A stretch of DNA of 64,000 nt, taken from assembly GCA_026196275.1 (NCBI GenBank), contig JAPHTQ010000009.1, positions 6,092 to 70,091 of the forward strand, written 5' to 3'. Numbering within the stretch: the first letter of the stretch is position 1; each line of letters starts with the position of its first letter. Source of the stretch: Gammaproteobacteria bacterium. GTDB taxonomy: Bacteria; Pseudomonadota; Gammaproteobacteria; Thiohalomonadales; Thiohalomonadaceae. The notes beneath the pieces are model-generated. The model was not told where the DNA came from, made no database searches, and saw only the letters and a program-made list of their open reading frames with translations. Positions 61,726-64,000 of the stretch are shown here, one piece after another. The position numbers were made by a program, and so were the translations under genes.

Positions 61726-62490
61726 ATGAAAAAAATACTACTCGTGTCTTTGTTCTTTTTGATGCCATGGTATGCGAATGCCGAGGGCGATATTGGTATA
61801 GCGGCAAAAGGGGGTTTTCCGGAATATCTGTTTCTGGAAAAAGTAAAAGAATCGGAGGCCCATTCAACTGCCGAAATGATATCCAAGGCACTTGCCACTG
61901 GCCGAATGGTAATTTTTGCCCAGATGGGAAAATTGACCGATCCGGCACTGGGCGACAAAGGCTTCACTGGCGATGTATTTGCTAATCAGTGGAAGGCTGC
62001 ACTGGAAGCGGAATTTATGGATGCCTCCCCTGACCAGCAGCGAATCATTGATAAACTGTTGTGGGCCGGAAAGTTGAGTATGGATAACAATCAGGACCGG
62101 CTCAATGTGAAGGGGGTAAAGTGGAAGCATTTCCTTCCGGCGAAATGGGCGAGAGAAACCGGGCTGATGTTCAATTCGCGGACAGGAATTGTAACCAAGC
62201 AGCCTGCTGTCAATTACCGTCACCCGAGCAATGCTCCAGATCAAAAAGAGATCGAGGTGCTTAGCGCGTTTGTGGACGCCGGTAGTGAGGCTAAACCAAA
62301 AGGCGAGTTTGCCATGATGGGAAAGCAAAGGGTATATCGTTACTTTGATCCGATAATGCTGATACAGCCTTGCCTCGCCTGCCATGGAAAACCGAAGGGA
62401 GAGCTCGATATGCTCGGTTTCCAGAAAGACGGATTTGATGCGGGTGATGTGATCGGCCTGATAAGTGTCTCGGTGGCTGTAGAAGAGTAG
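61726..62490 (+). CDS. DUF3365 (Tll0287-like) periplasmic c-type heme protein
   Basis: Start set at MKKILLVSLFFLMPWYANA (GGAGGG RBS). A single CLACH heme-binding motif lies near the C-terminus, within the YRYFDPIMLIQPCLACHG context typical of DUF3365. Confidence 0.7.
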   Translation: MKKILLVSLFFLMPWYANAEGDIGIAAKGGFPEYLFLEKVKESEAHSTAEMISKALATGRMVIFAQMGKLTDPALGDKGFTGDVFANQWKAALEAEFMDASPDQQRIIDKLLWAGKLSMDNNQDRLNVKGVKWKHFLPAKWARETGLMFNSRTGIVTKQPAVNYRHPSNAPDQKEIEVLSAFVDAGSEAKPKGEFAMMGKQRVYRYFDPIMLIQPCLACHGKPKGELDMLGFQKDGFDAGDVIGLISVSVAVEE

Positions 62491-62956
62491 TTGCTGTTCA
62501 GCTAATCTTGGGACACACGGCTCAAGCAAGGCAATTAAAACAGCAAACGTTGTCAATGCACGCTTGAACTGTGAACCAGCAGGGACGCTGATTCATGGTT
62601 TGGACGACAAAACAGCCACCAAGGTGGTCGCTAGTATCGTTCCTCAAAAGGGTGTCGAGCCGGAGACAATGAAGAAGTGGTACTTCAACACGGACGTAAG
62701 AAACGATGAACAATCCTCAGTGAAATCAAGGAATTTTTATCGCGGTACAGGAAAAAGAACTCATTAGACACCTGTTTAATTCCTGTCCTTTCGAATTCGT
62801 TTTCCCTGCCTGGTAAACGGGTATTTTCAGGTCCAGGGTAATGGCCCGTTTATACCGGCACGCTTTTTTGTTATGTTCATTCTAGGAAAGCAGTCTATAT
62901 TCCCCCCCTTGCGCGCTTTGTAAGCGCTATCCGTTGCCGACCCCTGGAGGTGTTTG

Positions 62957-64000
62957 ATGAAAAAGGATCCCGACAAAGGCTATATTGCCCTGCTGGGCTG
63001 GAGTCTGAATGCCGTGGAGGCCGCCGAGAATTTCGACAGACGCTATGTGGTGGTGGCACCCGAATGGGCGGAGGAGTACTGCCAGAAATACGACATCCCC
63101 TATGTGCCCTGGAACTTTGAGCGGCTCAATGACCGCTCCATGGAGATCGCCGATACCCTGAAGGAGAAGGGGGTCGATGTGGCCATCCCGCTCTTTGAGG
63201 AGACGGTGGAGTGGGCGGGTGCGATCAACGCCGTGTTGCTGGACAAGCCGCGCCTCTACGGTCAGTCGCTGTTGCTGCGCGACAAGGCGCTGATGAAGCG
63301 CCGTGCCCAGCTGGGCGGCATCCGCGTGGGGATCTTCGAGGAGGCCCACGACAAGGAGGATGTCGTCCGTTTTCTCAAGCGGGTCAACCAGGCGCTGCTC
63401 AAGCTGGATGGCGATCCCAACGACCCCATCCACCTGAAGGCCTTCGACAAGGCCGGTTGCCTGGGGCACCGGGTGATCCGGACGCCGGATGAGGTGGACT
63501 CCATTCCGGATGAGGAGTTTCCGCTGCTGATGGAGTCCCATCTGGATGGCTGGGAGTTTGCGGTGGAGGCCTGGATCCACAACGGCAAGATCGCCTTTCT
63601 CAACATCTCCGAGTATGTGACACTGGGTTACTCGGTCTTTGTGCCGGCCTCACCGGAGCTAGAGAAGTTCCGTCCCCAGATCACCGCCCAGATCGAGAAG
63701 CTGATCAAGACCTTCGATATCGAGTTCGGCCTCATCCATCCGGAGTATTTTGTCACCAGCGACGGTGAGATGTACTTCGGCGAGGTGGCCTATCGCCCAC
63801 CGGGTTTCAAGGTGTTCGAACTGCTGGAGCGGGTTTACGGCTTCAGTGCCTACCAGGCCAGCATGCTGGTCTTCGATCCCAAGAGCACCGAGGAGGAGGT
63901 CAAGGCCTTTTTCCCGAAAGAGGTGGTGGATGCGAAGGGCTACGCCGGCTGTTTCGGCGTCTATCCACGTCGTCGTGTGGTCAGCCATCTGGAGATACCT
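62957..64000 (+). CDS. ATP-grasp domain protein, 3' end outside window
   Basis: ATG at 62957 with GGAGG 7 nt upstream. The frame is open to the window end (348 codons) and is absent from the ORF track because no stop is reached. Layout is pre-ATP-grasp then ATP-grasp (LLLRDKALMKRR..., ESHLDGWEFAVEAWI..., IHPEYFV...GEVAYRPPG). Confidence 0.65.
   Translation, partial: MKKDPDKGYIALLGWSLNAVEAAENFDRRYVVVAPEWAEEYCQKYDIPYVPWNFERLNDRSMEIADTLKEKGVDVAIPLFEETVEWAGAINAVLLDKPRLYGQSLLLRDKALMKRRAQLGGIRVGIFEEAHDKEDVVRFLKRVNQALLKLDGDPNDPIHLKAFDKAGCLGHRVIRTPDEVDSIPDEEFPLLMESHLDGWEFAVEAWIHNGKIAFLNISEYVTLGYSVFVPASPELEKFRPQITAQIEKLIKTFDIEFGLIHPEYFVTSDGEMYFGEVAYRPPGFKVFELLERVYGFSAYQASMLVFDPKSTEEEVKAFFPKEVVDAKGYAGCFGVYPRRRVVSHLEIP

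Overview
High-GC (roughly 60%) gammaproteobacterial chromosome segment, read from translated ORFs and synteny only (no searches were run). It begins with the origin-proximal housekeeping block: mnmE, yidC, yidD, rnpA, rpmH, dnaA, dnaN, recF, gyrB. It continues through fbp, plsC, gmhB, glyQS, glnA-ntrBC and a partial MSHA-type type IV pilus locus (27.7-38.1 kb). After that come pyrD, trmL, gpsA-secB-trxC-grxC-rhodanese-ArsR, gpmI-envC-ctpA-yibQ-yajL, hemYXDC, algR/algZ and argH, ending in a lower-GC patch with a DUF3365 heme protein and a truncated ATP-grasp gene. Most of the window is ordinary core genome, and I do not see a clear multi-gene novel system such as a defence island. The non-core content worth a second look is: (1) an apparently intact class C group II intron sitting directly behind the fbp terminator; (2) an abundant REP/MITE-like inverted-repeat family with two sequence dialects, at 10 loci that all lie in the first 40 kb, including one inside the glyQS operon; (3) a 274-bp nested palindromic element between algZ and argH whose two halves keep different but internally complementary stems; (4) a Fic gene cassette flanked by a duplicated copy of the gpsA 3' end and carrying an 8-copy TTAGCA array in its promoter; (5) a DnaA-box cluster plus AT-rich tract between dnaA and dnaN; (6) an ArsR regulator with the SqrR/BigR-type cysteine spacing next to rhodanese/Grx/Trx genes. 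The many long antisense ORFs in the track are GC-content artefacts.
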